A program made the position numbers and the translations under genes. The notes below the pieces were generated by a model that ran no database searches, was not told where the DNA came from, and was given only the letters and a program-made list of their open reading frames with translations. From Takakia lepidozioides (taxonomy: Eukaryota; Plantae; Bryophyta), in the NCBI GenBank assembly GCA_030704615.1, contig CM060734.1:18414001-18478000 (forward strand): a stretch of DNA of 64,000 nucleotides, in the 5' to 3' direction. Positions 22,395 through 36,260 of this stretch are shown here, in pieces (positions within the stretch are counted from its first letter, which is position 1; each line of letters begins with the position of its first letter).

Positions 22395-22570
22395 TGCGAT
22401 CATCGCACTCCACGACACCACATCTCATTGAGCCACAGTCGAACACTACCTTCGCATCTTCAACGCTCCCGCATTCGGCATACATGTCCACTAGGGCGGT
22501 GTTCAGAGTGACAAGCCCTACAATTCCAGCTTTCAACATGTCACCATGGACCTTCCATGTCACTTCTAGG
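22395..22570 (-). pseudogene. Additional PPR motif fragment
   Basis: VHGDMLKAG..NTALVDMYAECGSVEDAKVVFD. Confidence 0.7.
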
Positions 22571-22929
22571 TGGAGGCGGTACATATTAAAATATGCAAGC
22601 CCCCAAGGCCAGATTTTGTTTGTCTGTTCTTGTGAAACACACGTCAGCAAATGTGCCCCCAATCACGGGTGCAATCAATGCGCAGTGGTTTATGGAGTCG
22701 TTGAGTTGACTACATATTGACTTTAATGAATAAATATGTTTATTCCATTAATCGAATTCGGAATGTAAATTTCTAGTTGCATGTGCAGTAATTAGAACAA
22801 CTTGTATTTTCCGTTTTTTAAAATTTTATGTATTTACATAATTAATTAAATAGCCGCGATTATTGCTACGACTCCGAAGTCATTGACCCAACTTCTATCC
22901 GCCGTCTGAAATGCCCCCGGGGGCCTTCA

Positions 22930-23307
22930 TTATCTGTTTCGACTCTCTAGTAGTCCCGTGTACTGCCAAGTGGTTCCCAGAGTGGTTGGCGGACACCCAG
23001 TCGATTCGGAAAAGACACGAATGCTTCTAGTGAAACTTATTGGTATTGGGCATGTTGGAAAGAGAGTTGGTATGGAGAGGAGGGAAAGGGGGAGATGGAT
23101 TGAGGGGAGGATTATTCGGAGCAGCATGAGATCTTTTCTTTTTGCTTAGAGGTGAGTTAACCCCCAACCGGCCGCAATTGAAGCAAGCTGAAGAGGAAGT
23201 GTTCTTAATCAGTCTAATGGTATAGTAATTGCCTTCTTTGTCAATAGGTAATCTAACGTAATCTGGGAGAATAGCCTCATTTGGCATCATAAGAACCATT
23301 TTTGGAC
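22930..23307 (-). mobile_element. 3' part of an L1-type ORF1 split by element B
   Basis: MVLMMPNEAILPDYVRLPIDKEGNYYTIRL..CFNCGRLG directly continues ..LHDNGCPK at 43825 and above. Confidence 0.8.
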
Positions 23308-23460
23308 GAGCGACGCTACCGCGTGAGTGGTGAGCGCACGCTCACGCGGGGCTGACGTGGCGTGAGCCCACGCTCACGCCACGTCAGCATGAGCGGATGC
23401 CACGACACATGGAAAGGGTACCTATTCCCGTGGGACCATACCGTGGGGAGATGATGTGGA

Positions 23461-23670
23461 GCCCAACCGTTCTGGCCCACCCATAAATGTTGTTTGAGGT
23501 GTTTCTAAAATGGCGTGCTTCGAAGCACACTGTTTTGGCCTACCCATAAAGGCTCGAATGAGGTGATTCTAAAGTGACGTGCTTCGAAGCATACCGTTTG
23601 GGCAAACCCAAAAAGGCTCTTTTGAGGTGTTTCTAAGGTGGCGTGCTTCGAAGCACATTGTTTTGGCTGA
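23461..23670. repeat. 64-bp tandem repeat x3, each with palindrome GTGCTTCGAAGCA(C/T)
   Basis: Palindrome at 23515, 23579 and 23643. Confidence 0.85.
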
Positions 23671-25299
23671 AGCTATCAACCTCCACCCTAGCCACCATAA
23701 ACACAAAAAATTAAACTAGAGGGTTTCTTATCTTTGATCCCAATCATGAAGCTGTCCCAGCCTATCTGCTCAAATACTTGCCAAGAGAAGGACTGCCCTT
23801 GATTAGAATCACATGCATGCCCTACAATTCATTGAAAAACACTGAATTCGGGACCCCATCAAAGGGTGTGTGGCGCCGCACACTGCTTGACGGGGTCCCG
23901 AATTCGGAGTTTTTCCATAGGCAGAAAGGGTGTGCGGCGCCGCACACCCGTAGCTTCGCATTGCTTAAGTTTGGCTTCCGGGCGATCGCTTGGCTTTCTG
24001 AGCCTTATATGACACGTTCTGCTTTCACTGTCATCGGTGTGTGTGCCTCCATGGTGTAATCAGGGGGTTATTTTTTCCCCACAATAATTCCAAATAAAGT
24101 TCACCATAAGTTTTATACCATTGGATTTGTATGCAATGTATTTTTTAGCTATGGCTCTTAGAAGGTCATCATATAAAGTGGTTCATCATAAAAAGTATAG
24201 TAAGACATAATAAAAGTGAAAATAATATGTATGAGTTGCCACCCCAGGGTTTTAGTCTGAAAAGTTGGGAGCATGATTATTGTATGGTGTATCTAGTATC
24301 TACTTACAGCCTGGCAGCTATCTCACAAATTAGTTTTAGCAAGATCTTCTATTCTACATTTTCTATAAGTGAAAATCAGGTGCTAATATGAGTTTGACTT
24401 TTTCCTTTTTCTCGTGTTTTTAGCAAACACGGGACAGAGGGCCCTGGAATGCATCAAAAAAGGGCTAGTTGCTTTCACAACACAAGGTCAGGGACAATAT
24501 TGCGGTAAGGGCACCTTCACCTTTAGCACATTTCAGCCTGTTTTGTCTTATCATAATCATTCCACAACCAAAAAACGTTGTCACATTTTACAGTTCACCA
24601 TATCTGCGCGAGGTAATGAAATTCAATGTGGATGAGAAAGCAGCCTGCCTTGCATTGTTCACATAGAAGGGATAATGGATTTTTTTTATTTTTTTATTTT
24701 TTTAGAAGGCCCCAGAGAGGCCGATTTTTATTTTCAAGATCTTTGAGGAAAAAATAACCTCAATACAAACAGCCATGAAGGTAGGGAAGGGGGCTCCGCC
24801 CCGTGACCATGAGTCCAAAAAGCCCCAACATATAAAACTAGGGTTACTTCAAGGGTTTCCCCTCCTACGCTTGGAGGGTTCGAAGGAAAAGCTAGGTCTT
24901 AGATCTGCCTCGTCTGGAGCTTCGACGGTGTCTCCAGTTGGAGATAATCAACACGGTGGGAGTATTTTTTTTATTTTCAGAATCCTGCAAAGTATTGGTA
25001 TGGTTTTTGGAGATAATCATCTTCGGCTCTTCTGCACATGCGATGATGCTATGTGCCAGAGGCAGCCCAGCGCGACTGAAAGAGGTTATAAATTGTCAAT
25101 TTATAGTTTACAGACTTTAAATTAAGATGGCATCTCAGATATTTATGTCTGTCGTACATAAATGCATCAAGGCCCCCCGCTTTTTCGATGGCTCCCCCCG
25201 GCATCCCCTTCAGCAAGTTCAAGGAAGCCTCCACTTCTCGAGGCCCCAGCAGCTCGTCTTGGCACATCAGGCCCAATCGCGAATCTGCAGCTCTTCCGA

Positions 25300-27295
25300 T
25301 TAATTTGTAAGGGCGCCCCCTCCCCCCTTCTCATTCAACCTCTTTCCCCCCCCCCCCCCTCCCCCTTTTTTTTCCCCCCCTCCAAACAAACTATTATCAG
25401 ATTCCCAGACTGGATTCTTCCATCATGGGGGCCCCTCCTTCTCCTACCCTGGTTGAAGAATGGACTGAAGAAACGTTACTGCGCTTGACTATCCTCTGAT
25501 TTCCATGGACATTCCGGACTTGCATTTGAGAGTGAAGTCCATGGAAGAGCATGGCATTTTGATTCATTTTCTTGGAAGAAAGGTAGACAGGGCCTATGTG
25601 CGAGATTGGGCAACAAGACACTTGGGAGGGCCAGGGGAGCTCAGGCAGCAGTTCTGCCACTCAAAAGGTAGAGGTTTTTATTCAATAGTCTTTGAACCTC
25701 TGAAGTTGCTGCTCAAGCTTTATCATTCAATCCTCATACCAAAGGTTTCAATATCAATATCTTTCCTTGGTCATCCAAGATGGGAAACAAAAATGGGAAA
25801 CTATGGGGACCCCGAATCGTATTTGTTCCCTTCATTCCAGATCAATATCTGGTGAATTTGCCAGATATTGCCAATCATTTTGGCTCCTACCTAGGTTGTC
25901 TTTCTGTTTTTGATCCTCAAATGTGCACTCGGAACCTTCGCCAGGATCCAGCCTGGAAGTCAGCCACTATTGCATCTTGCCTCCATGACACAGGCTGTGC
26001 TAAGTTTGTCCTAATGATGCCAAATGAGGCTATCCTGCCAGAGTTTGTTAGGCTTCCTATTGATGACAAAGGGAACTACTTTACCATCAGACTCATAGTT
26101 TTAACTGCGACCAGCTCGGCCACATCAAAGCTAACTGCCCTACAGGGAAAAAAAAAACGCTCTCCGGCCCTCCAATCCTCCAGTGAACACCACCTTCCAT
26201 CGACACTCCAATCTCATATGCCGGACTCCCGTATGCTCCACATTCCGAGAGCATCAGCTGAGACCAATCTGCATCTATCTGAGGGGCCATCCTCAGCTCC
26301 TGAGGCAGCTCACGCTCATCAAGATCCCCTGTAATTCAGACCCAACAACGCTATAGCATAAATCCACAAATCAATGGATCCTATGCAGGTTGAGGTTGGT
26401 TCTTATCAGCAACGAACTTCATTCAGCAGCACTGGCAAGAAGCAAAACACAGTTAGATCCTCGCCTCCATAATTGTAGTTGTCCATTCCTAGTCTGGTAT
26501 CCAACATTCCTTCACCCAAGGTTATCAGTGGGATTGCCAGTAACTCTGTTTTTGAGCTAGGGTATGTCTGAGGACTTGTTCCTCATTCCCAAACCTGGAT
26601 CTGAAAGGCTGCTCTGCTCTGGAGATAAATGACGCCCCAAAGGCTTCATGTGTCACACCCCTCATCTTCAGGAAAGATAACCCCTCTTTGCTGATTTCGT
26701 CGGATGACCTGAAACTTGTGGAGTCTCTCTGGATCACCACAACAGATGTCATGAATTTAATTCGAACTTGCTCACCAACTTGTGGCCCAGAGATTATGTT
26801 CAAATTGAAGATCCAGAAGTTTTTCCAGACTTCTCTTCCTCGCTACTTCCTGGCATCCTCTACTAAAATATCTTAGTTTGGATGTAGTACGAATCCATGA
26901 AACTCCGGAAAAAAGTGTTGTATTTGTTGCGTATCCGTGGCTTGGCAAATTTGAGAAGTTCAGGTAAAAGGTCAAAGTACCCTGCGAGCATTTAAGGGTT
27001 AAGCCTACTCTTGGAAAATCCCCTCACCCCAAGCAGCACACCTTTAGGCACAATTTAAAAAAAAAAACAATTACCAAGATATGTCTTTCTCAAAGCAGGA
27101 GTAGTACAGATAGTCTTTTTTTGGTTGTTTCCTTGGCATGTTTGGTGCGTTCTCTTTGTCGGTGTTCAAGGTTGTTTAGGACTCAGTTCCTGGTTCATTT
27201 TGGTCTCCGGATCATTTCCGCTTTGTAAGTCTTTTTTTTTTCCGCCTTCTTAATGCATTTCAGGGCTCCGTCCCTTTTAAAAGAAAAAATCAAAG
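25300..27295 (+). mobile_element. Degenerate L1-type element with ORF1 (DUF4283-like) and A-rich 3' end, no RT seen
   Basis: GILIHFLGRKVDRAYVRDWA..RGFYSIVF..GPRIVFVPFIPDQYLVNLPDIANHFGSYLG is homologous to the ORF1 at 43825-44700. Boundaries approximate. Confidence 0.55.
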
Positions 27296-30200
27296 AGAAA
27301 TAATAATAAATCCCAAGTGTTCAGTAAGATGGTCAAAATTTGGTGAAGACCACATTTACAAAGCCCATTTGAGGTGTGAGAAAGGTCAGCAGCCTTGCAA
27401 GATTTACCCTAGTAGGTTGACCACATCTTGTCTGATGCGCACATCCACATGAAGTATTGATATAAATGCTGCAGAAATATCCTAACCCTAGAATCTTGAA
27501 TGTTGTAAAGTACACCCTCCATAGCCAGTAATTTTTGGAGCCTCACTCTTCAACCTTTGCTCATACTAGTTGTGGTGATGTAAGTGTCAAATATGATTAC
27601 GTCTATCAACTCAAAACCCTGGAGATGATGTGTCAGTTGGCAACTATGCTCATCAAACAAGCAGACTTGCCAAAGGAAAATTTAAACTATTGTTACTTTA
27701 GCAGCATGTCCTCCGTTGCAAATTTCACATCATCAATTGTATAATAAACAAGCTTCTTAAGAGCCTCGACAATTTGATTTGTTGTTCTATCTAGTGTTAG
27801 ATGTTGCTTAGAGATGCTATTGTAATTTGGTAGAGATCTGCTGCAACATTTAGAGTCACTAAGAATTAGTAACAAAGTCCTAGAGTAATGTAGGTGTTAG
27901 TCCCCTCACCAAGTAGGGGGGCGGACAAGGGGGAATGATCTCATGTGAGAGATGTCAAATGGGGTAGAATCCCACTTTCATAAGCAAGCTTGTAGGCTAA
28001 CATGGATGGGGAAGGTATGTGGGAAGGGATTAGCATGGTCAAGTTGAAAGTTGGCAGTGGCAAGCACACTACTTTTGTCCCCTTGCAAAACTCACCCAAA
28101 ATTGAAACATATAACCCCCCTTGTTTGATAAGTGCCAACATGAGGGTCAAACGTTTTTTCCAAATTGAGTATTTTTCCTTAACATTATGCTAGAACCGGC
28201 AGAGATGGTGTGGGGGAGCAGATTTATGACTAATCTACTTTCATCCCGTCACTCAAATACATATATTGTCGTAATTTATATTTATTATTGAAAGGGCCCA
28301 AAAATGGGCCACACCTTCAACAATGGCATTTTGCAGGATTTACCCCGAATGTTGTAATGAGCAAGATAACTCATGGATAGATTTAGTCAAAGAGAGGCAT
28401 TCATGAGGGGACGATGACGTTGGGGTGGGACCCCTCTATGGTGATAGAGATGTGAAGGCTCATTTCATCATGGTGCTTTTATTACCTTATTCATCCATCC
28501 TAACGGACACGTTCATCATTAGTATTTTTTCGGCTTTATACCGTTGGATACTGTTACATATCATGACTATGCAGGGTTAATCCTAGTATGTTGGCTCGAT
28601 CCTAGCCGTTTACTCATTCCATGGCCTAGATGCGGCGCCCCTACAGTGGGCCTATCACGCCTCACCACGCGGCAAGCGGGCTCAACCCTAGGTCTGATGT
28701 ACAAGCCCGGGCTGACCTCGGGTTGGAGGTCTTTTGATAAAAGAGTGTTATGAAAGCAGGGTTAGGGGGAATTTTAGCAAAAAATGATTGGCTGTATGAA
28801 TGGTTCATAATCATGACTTAAACATTGCGACTGTATGGATTAGATGCATTTCTTTTGACAACGTCATTGACTTGTAAAACTTTTGAATATGTTGCATGCA
28901 TTTTTTTCCATAGTTTCATTGATTCCGGTTGCGGTTTAGGGTTTGGGTTTAGGGTAGATATATTCGCTAAAAATAAGTAGCTTGTCCCCTGCGGCCTCAC
29001 ACAAGCCCACCAGATCGAGGACCCACCGTAGTTTCACGCTCTCTCTGATGTTGATGTCACTATTCAACCTCGGATCGTCCTGCGTCCTTCAGCGATTCTT
29101 AGCTTCTTTTTCCAAAAATGGGTGAACATAAATTGCCGCATCTCGGTTCTGCAGACAGTCCTTCTTTTAGTTTTTTTTCTGACAAATCAAGCAAATGTTG
29201 CAGTGTAAGGGATGGGATGGACCATAAAGGTTTTAAATCTGGAATGACTGACAAGGCCATTTTATCCTCGGAAATAGGCACACACCGCAGAAATACGTCC
29301 TGTAACTTCAAAAATTACACATGACATAGCGTGAGCCTTGCTGGGCTCCCAGGTTGGGCTCATGTTCTAGCACGCCCCCTGCCTCTGCTGAGCCCCTTGT
29401 CGTTGAGCCAAGCACTGACCCTCAGAGTCTTGTTGTTAGACTGTTGTCTCCTGTTCACAATGATTATGACAACTTTTTGCTGCTGAGGCTTGGACTATCT
29501 TGATCCTAGACAGTGTGAGCAAGAGTTTGAGAGAGAGAGTGAGAGATCTCAGGAGTTTGATGCTTCCTTGTATGACCTACTTTCCATGTCTGATCGTTTC
29601 TGGTTTGACAAGGTAGAATTGGCGGTTGTTTTTCATGCTTCTTACCTCACCAAGTATCTGCATGAATCGGTTCTTACTCATCCTAATTCTGATCTTGTCC
29701 TAGTAGCAGAGCAGGCTCGTTGCTTAACTTGGCAAGTTGTTGATTTGCGGAACTCCGCACGATTGTCTCAGGGAGTTCTCAAGACTCAATTTCTACATCA
29801 TAGGGCCTTGTCTTGGCAGGAGTTGGGCCTTCATCTTCCACTGTCAGCAGAACGAACTCAGCAGAACCGGATTATTTCCAACTTGATGGAGGATTTTTGG
29901 TTGTCCTTAGTACTCAGAGGCTCGGGTGTTTTGATCCTACGGGTGCTTTGATTTCACATCAGTCGTGTTGGGTCATACCGACTTCCTCATATCTAATTGA
30001 CGGGCTTTTGGTTGATAGTTTACTTGGACATGCTTCTGATGTAATCATTTTGTCGGGTCCCCGCTTTGAAGACCAGAGAGTTATCGTCCGCGGGTTCTTG
30101 AGACACTCGACCGCCTACCTAATCACTCTATGTTGTCATGGACGTGGGAAGAAGCTCCCACTATCTGCATTGTTTTTTGGACCAAGACCTGGGAATGGTT

Positions 30201-30757
30201 GGTCGGCCTCTCTGATCATGAGTTGGATTCCCACGACGATCTGTGAGTCATTTCTTGTTCTGCTTGGTCTCCCGGACTTGTGTGCTGGCCTTGGAGGCGA
30301 GACAGTCTCCACACGCTGCTTGTGTGAAGGTAATTACTGGTGATCGTGTTTGTTATTGTCTATCTTGTTTATGCTTCATAATAGTTCTAGGCCGTGGGTT
30401 CATTCTGGCAAAGAGCGACGTATTGACATGGATTCTATTATCGAAATTCCTTCTAATTTGGTCGTGATGGATAGTTCAGGTGATCCCGGTACCCCTTCTG
30501 ACAGAGAGAATCTACGCCGTGAGCAGATGTGGTGTAAGCGTGAGCAGATTTGAAGCGTGAGTAAAATCAAGAAAGAGAACCCATAATCGTGGAGAAGATG
30601 GGCCTATTACCGTGGAGGGAAAGAATTTCGAAATGGTGAATTTGAGAACGTGACAGGGACCAAAGATAGCACCGTGGAAATGGAAATGGGATAGTCCTTT
30701 AGGATTGTTGGCTTTATCCAGTAAAGACTAAGGCAAGTTGAATCTGTATTTCCCATG

Positions 30758-32285
30758 CAACGACGCAATGGCGTGAGCGTGAGGTCATCAGGTTGATATG
30801 GCGACAAATGCTGACGTGACATTGCGCCGTCTTCTGCCACATCAGCATGAACATGCGCCGCCTATAACCTAGGATGGTTCTATGACCGTGAGATTAATGT
30901 AGGGAATCCTTGGCTGAATACAATCAAAGACTACCATGAGGCCTACAATTGTAGCATCCAACATTGTGCAATTATAATTGTTTGTTTCACTTTTATAATT
31001 AGAAGGACGAGAAAATATCCTCACAAAGTGTGCGCCATAGAGGCTTGCCACAGGAAGACCTTGCTCCCTCCCCAAATAACAATGAAAGTTGGGATCATCT
31101 TCAAAAGATGATTGTAGTGCATATCGACAAGAAAACATGTAGACTTCGAAAGGTGCAATGATGCATGTGTTTTTAAAAGTTGTCACTCAGAGCTCATTCA
31201 GTATAGTTGGAAGCATAATGGAGGGATAAGGGATGCCATATCATTGCATCGCCGACGATGTTGCAAATGAATTGATTTGAATTGAATTTCCATGACAATG
31301 TTGCAAATTGCACATTTCATAGCATGGTCGTCCACATACCATTGCATACTCACAATCCATACAAAACACATTTCAGATTGCAGATTCCAGATTGCATATT
31401 TACCACATTCCAGATAGACGAAGTGATAGTTGATGCTACCTATGTGTTGTATCCCGCTGCAATAGAGTATCGACCTCGTTGAAACTCAGAGTGGCCTGGT
31501 GAACGAAGTTGTCACGCTTGGGATCGCAAACCACCATCTTCAAGAATATGAAATACAAATGTTTGCAGGGTATGAATTTTTCTCTCTTGCCCAAACTAGT
31601 TGATAGCATATTCACAAAATCAGGACAGATGTAATTGGGGAAATTGGAAACTGTGATGTCGTAGGCCCTGTCATGAACAGCAGATGTCGAAGTGATCATT
31701 GTGTACACCCGACCATACCCTGGATCAGGCACTTCCGTGGTGCTTGCAACACGAGCTTGGAGCATTCTTGCGGACTCTACTTTGCCGAAGTGTTCTGCAG
31801 TTGGAGGGAAACGCCGAACGAGCTTTCCATCTCGTTTGGTTGGCCACAAGTGAGGATTTGTCGGAGGGACCCGACAAGACGCGGAAGTAGAAGCAGACGC
31901 ATGCAGTTGGGGTTGTCTCGCAAGGGAAAAGTCTGCCTCCTCCAGCATTGCAATCTCCTGACTTGTGAGATGTGTTCCTACCTTGACGGACCAAACGGTT
32001 GGAGGAGCTGGCTTCATCACCACGGAAGGTCGCACAGTTCCATGCACACATCTACCACAATCGTCTGCGTAGAACCAGAACTTGTGGTTTTTGGCTTCTG
32101 GTTGGCCGTATGGACACATCAAACCCGTGAAAGTCGGAACAGGAGTCCGGGCACCACCTCTGGATATAGATGAAGTGCATTTTTTGAAATTAGTTGCCCT
32201 GATCGCTGCACATTTTACACGAGACCCTGCACTTGTGCATTCTATGTGCCAAACGTGGTCGGGGCATGCGGACTCCAGCACATCA
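30758..32285 (-). mobile_element. Truncated copy of element A (left TIR plus SWIM-containing transposase C-terminus) nested in element B
   Basis: Starts CAACGACGCAATGGCGTGAGCG and is colinear with 9761-11250. ORF 31436-32305 includes YDITV..CPDF..CKHLYFIF. Confidence 0.9.
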
Positions 32286-32289
32286 CAGA

Positions 32290-33420
32290 GCAGACTTCCG
32301 CTCAAGTTTTTGCAGCAGTTCTAAATCCCGCCAAGGATGATGGTCCGCATTTTCCTCATCTGGGTCTGAATCTGGTGACCACTCCCCAAACTGGGCAGCT
32401 CCATGCTCCACCGCAACAGGACTTCCTGCAGAATAGAACAAGGCTCAGCATCTCTTCCAAGGGCCACAAAAGCCTGGATCCAATGCAAGAGGATTTCAGG
32501 GCACATCGGCTGGGGAAGGACTCAACAGGTAAAGGAAAAGCTCGGATATGGGAGGAATCTGCTACTATCCAGTTGACCGTGCCTACCATCCATCCATGCC
32601 CCAAAGTAATTTCAGATATTGCCTGCAACTCCATGTTTGCGAACACTTGCCTCCACTTGGCCACATTTGCAAGTCTTGACCTCAAGGGATGTTCAGCCTT
32701 GGAGACTATTGAAGCCCCCAAAGCTTCCTGTGTGACACGCTCATCTTCAGGAAAGGTAATCCACCAGCCATCCTCATCACTTCAGATGACCTTGAATGCG
32801 TGGAATCTCTATGGATCACTACTGCTGACATCAAACAATTCATGACATCATGTCCTCCAGGCAGTAACCCAGAATTCATTTTCAAACAAAAAATACAAGA
32901 TTATTTCCCGGCATCTTTGCCCCACTACTTTCTTGCTCCCTAGGCTCGAGTTTCATGGGGTGCTTACCTGGAAGACCACCCTGGTCTTAGTTGTAAGCCA
33001 TCAACTCAAGTGCTTGCCCTTATGGAAGAGGCTGAAATTTATTCCACACCTCAGCCCATGACAGCAATGTGGACCTACGAGGAGTGGCTATCAAACCCTC
33101 ATGGCAGTCATAAGTTGCAGATACGGAACCAGGATACACTGGTTAATGGCTTTCAAATGTTGGGGGCCTTTCTCGAATCGGAAGTGGAGGAGGATAACCA
33201 CAAAATGGAGCTCCAAAGGACTAGAGATTTAATGGAAAAAAGGCATCGGAGAGCTCCTCAACCTCCTCGGACTCCCTAGTGGACTCTTCAGCGGCAGGGG
33301 CTAAGGCTACTAAGGAGGATCTTGTGACCACTGTGAGCTCCATGCAGATTTCCCCGCCAACCATCATTGACACCACGCAGTTCGATACCATGGGGAGCCC
33401 GCCACATTTGGTTTTCCCAC
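32290..33420 (+). mobile_element. Degenerate retroelement-like fragment related to 26500-26960 and 42060-42500
   Basis: Shared translated block (KIQDYF/KIQKFF..FL..SW..YLEDHPGL..LALMEE/D.E.Y.). Confidence 0.45.
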
Positions 33421-33752
33421 TTATCTCTCAACTCTCTCCTCCTAAACGGGTTCTCTCCTCACCCTCTCCTTGTTTCTTTTTCCAGATTCTATCCAGGGAC
33501 AAACAAAACAAAACAAACGTCTCGCTTCATATATTGATATGCGATAAAGAGCGTCGCAAGCGGGTCTTGGGGCAGCTGTCGACGAGGCGCAGAGCAGCCG
33601 CGGAATCCTGGACCCACCTCTCTCCTTCATCGTTTGTTGTTATCCAAAGTCGTTATGGACAGACAGTTGCCCTGCTTCTTCTGTAAATCTCTTTCTTCGT
33701 CGTCGAGCTTGTGTTTCAAATCAACCGACCAGTAGTGGTTTTGAGAACTCCA

Positions 33753-34883
33753 ATGTTTGGAAAGTGTCTTGAAGCAAATCGGCATCACGCCATCAGCCGT
33801 ATGGATTGTTTTCTGATGGCCACAGTCGCTCATCACCGCTCCTTTCTCTGGTCGCTCCGTGTGAAGCTTAACAGGCGTCCCAATTTTGGACCCACGCGCA
33901 GCTATAGATCGGATTTGGCCAGCAATGAATCGCAGATACTTCAGAACTATGAGAGGAGCCTTTTGGATCAGCTGCGTTCGCTTAAGCCCGAGCTTGAGAC
34001 GGGAATATTGAACCTGGCATGGCTAGACAAGGCGTTGTCGGTCCTGACGTCTGCGCATAGCGCTGTGGACAATCTGATGCAAGATTTGGATGCTCCCGGA
34101 ACCATAGAAAAGCAGCTCTGGATTAGTGAGTACCTAGAACATTATAGTGCTAAGCTTTTGGACATATGTAACTCGATCAACGCAGGCATTTCGCAAGTGG
34201 AGCAGCTCCAAATGGCGGTAAAGCTGGTGTTGCTTGTCCTGGATCATAGGCAGTGACAGCTTCGGTGAAGCCCAGCTGCGACGGGCGAGGAAGGCACTCC
34301 AAGATTGTCGATCAAGCTCAGAAACCCAAGAAGATGTAAACACAGGAACAAAATTGCTTCAGATCATGAGTGACAGAGCTGTAGACCCCAAGATTACTAC
34401 CGAGGTTAGCCTGGGAAACGGCTACTTACGTGGGTTTTCTGCTGCGAGAGTGGTCATACCGTTTTTCCTTGGAGCAGTTCTGATCGCGCTTCCGGGGAAT
34501 GGGGGAATGCCTGTGATGAATTTTCGGATTTCGCGACAGTTGGGTGGTCCCCTTTGTTTGAAACATTGCAGGTGAAAGTGAAGGAACAGGCGGGCAGCAA
34601 AAGGAGACATGGCTTAATGGGGCTGCTTTTGGAGCTTGACATACTGCAGGTGCGCTTAAAACGCATTTTCGATATGGTGGAGAATGCTCTTGCTTGCGCC
34701 GAGTTTCCTTTGGGTCCCAAGCAGTCAGAGGAGCTGAAGGCCACCATCAAGCAACTGAAGCAGGAGTCTGAGACTCTGGAGAGCGGGCTGGCTGGTTTGC
34801 AGCATCATACCACAAATCTTTTTCGCACTCTCGTTCAAAGTCGCTCGGCTATGCTCCAGAGTCTCAGCGAGCCCGATATGTAG
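33753..34883 (+). pseudogene. BPS1/ROH1 (DUF793) family gene with two frameshifts (about 34250 and 34545)
   Basis: LNLAWLDKAL..WISEYLEHYSAKLLDICNSINAGISQVEQ..GEAQLRRARKAL..LESGLAGLQHHTTNLFRTLVQSRSAML. Confidence 0.8.
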
Positions 34884-35209
34884 CTCTCTTGATCGGGTCC
34901 AAGGGCGAAAGGCAGACATCCTTGCCAGCTGCAGATATTAGGTCAAAAACTGAGGTGAGAGTATTTGTCTCGGTTGTGGTGCTCTCTCCCTATTTGGAGA
35001 TTCGCTATGTTTGTATAATCTAGGGTTTGGCTTGTACATACTGTAAACTGATAAGTATTTCGGAAACCTACCAATGAGCTCTTCACTCTTGTAAGACAGT
35101 CTGATCAGTGAACATGGTTTTTTAGCCAGTACTTTTGTAAATGGCAGAATGCAGCAGAATGAGCACATCCTGGTTGCTCAAATTGCAGAGTGAGGAATTT
35201 GATTTCTAA

Positions 35210-36260
35210 GGTGTCATTATAAGCGAAATATGTAGAATAATTGTGAGTCTGGAGGATGCTAGAGAAAGAAAACCTTGAAGCACGAAAGGAAGATCAAAGG
35301 AGTGCATTCTCCATAAGCTTGCTCGTTGTTGTTGACAGGAGCTTGTCTGAGAGGGCAGAAACAACAGTAAGGCTACTGGGGCATCCAGGCTCGTCAAAAA
35401 TGCGGACAACAGATTTTCTGTTGTTTGCATGCCCAAGAGTTCCCAGGATGATACCCCATTTTTTCCCATTTTGAGCTTGCTCTTTGTGCATCTCCCATCC
35501 CCTCTTGATTGTATTCCGCCAAAATTGGTACCCTTGCATGCCATATGCCTTCACATTAGGGTCTGTGGGCTTCAAGACCGCACAACCACGTCAACAGGCC
35601 CGAAGATAGAGCTGGAGCTGTGCATGGAAGCATCTCCCCAGGAGACAGGCTGGAATTAGGGTGTGAAGGAAATCGCTCACCATTTGGCCCTTCCCTGCAT
35701 TAATTGCCGTGGAGAGTTGGATTGTTCCAGCCAAAGGTACACTCATCCCTTTCTTGAAATTGTGCCTCATAATTTCGAAGACATCAATCTGTCTGTCCAC
35801 AAGCACATACAGGTAGGGAATTCGACTGGAACAAGGCAGATGTGCCCAGAATGAACCTAAAATTGTTCCCCTAGAGCTTTAAATGAGAAGTCATCGACAC
35901 AGCATGCACCATAGGTCACATCCCCAAGCACAAAACACTCCTCCACACCTGCAAAAGCTTCCAGAATGTAGCAGATTGTGAGGGAGTACATCAAAAAGCC
36001 CTGCGGAAACTGCAGGGCTACCTTCTTTGCCTGAGCATGCTTGACTCTCCACATGGTTTCAAGACTTTCAAGGTTGTAATGGGGGGGAGCACCGCCATAG
36101 TAGCCTCGGGGAGGGGATCATCCAATTTACTCTGAGGGTGTTTGCTGTCGTATGCATCTGCGGGGACCTGATGTTTCTGTGAGGGCTTGAGAGTGGACAA
36201 CCGCGCAGGAATCGTATGCTCCTCAATCTCCCCTTTGCTTTTCCACCCTCCATGAGAGAG
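35210..36260 (-). pseudogene. DPH1: Diphthamide biosynthesis protein 1 pseudogene
   Basis: KKVALQFPQGFLMYSLTI..ECFVLGDVTYGACCVDDF; LAGTIQL; KWGIILGTLG; many frameshifts. Confidence 0.85.

Noticed and set aside
28933-28955. GGTTTAGGGTTTGGGTTTAGGG telomere-like tract
   Set aside because: Short telobox-like motif common in plant DNA, with no junction evidence.
29490-30553. Overlapping ORFs of 150-180 aa inside element B
   Set aside because: No recognisable domain; probably decayed TE or cargo, and cannot be assigned without a search.
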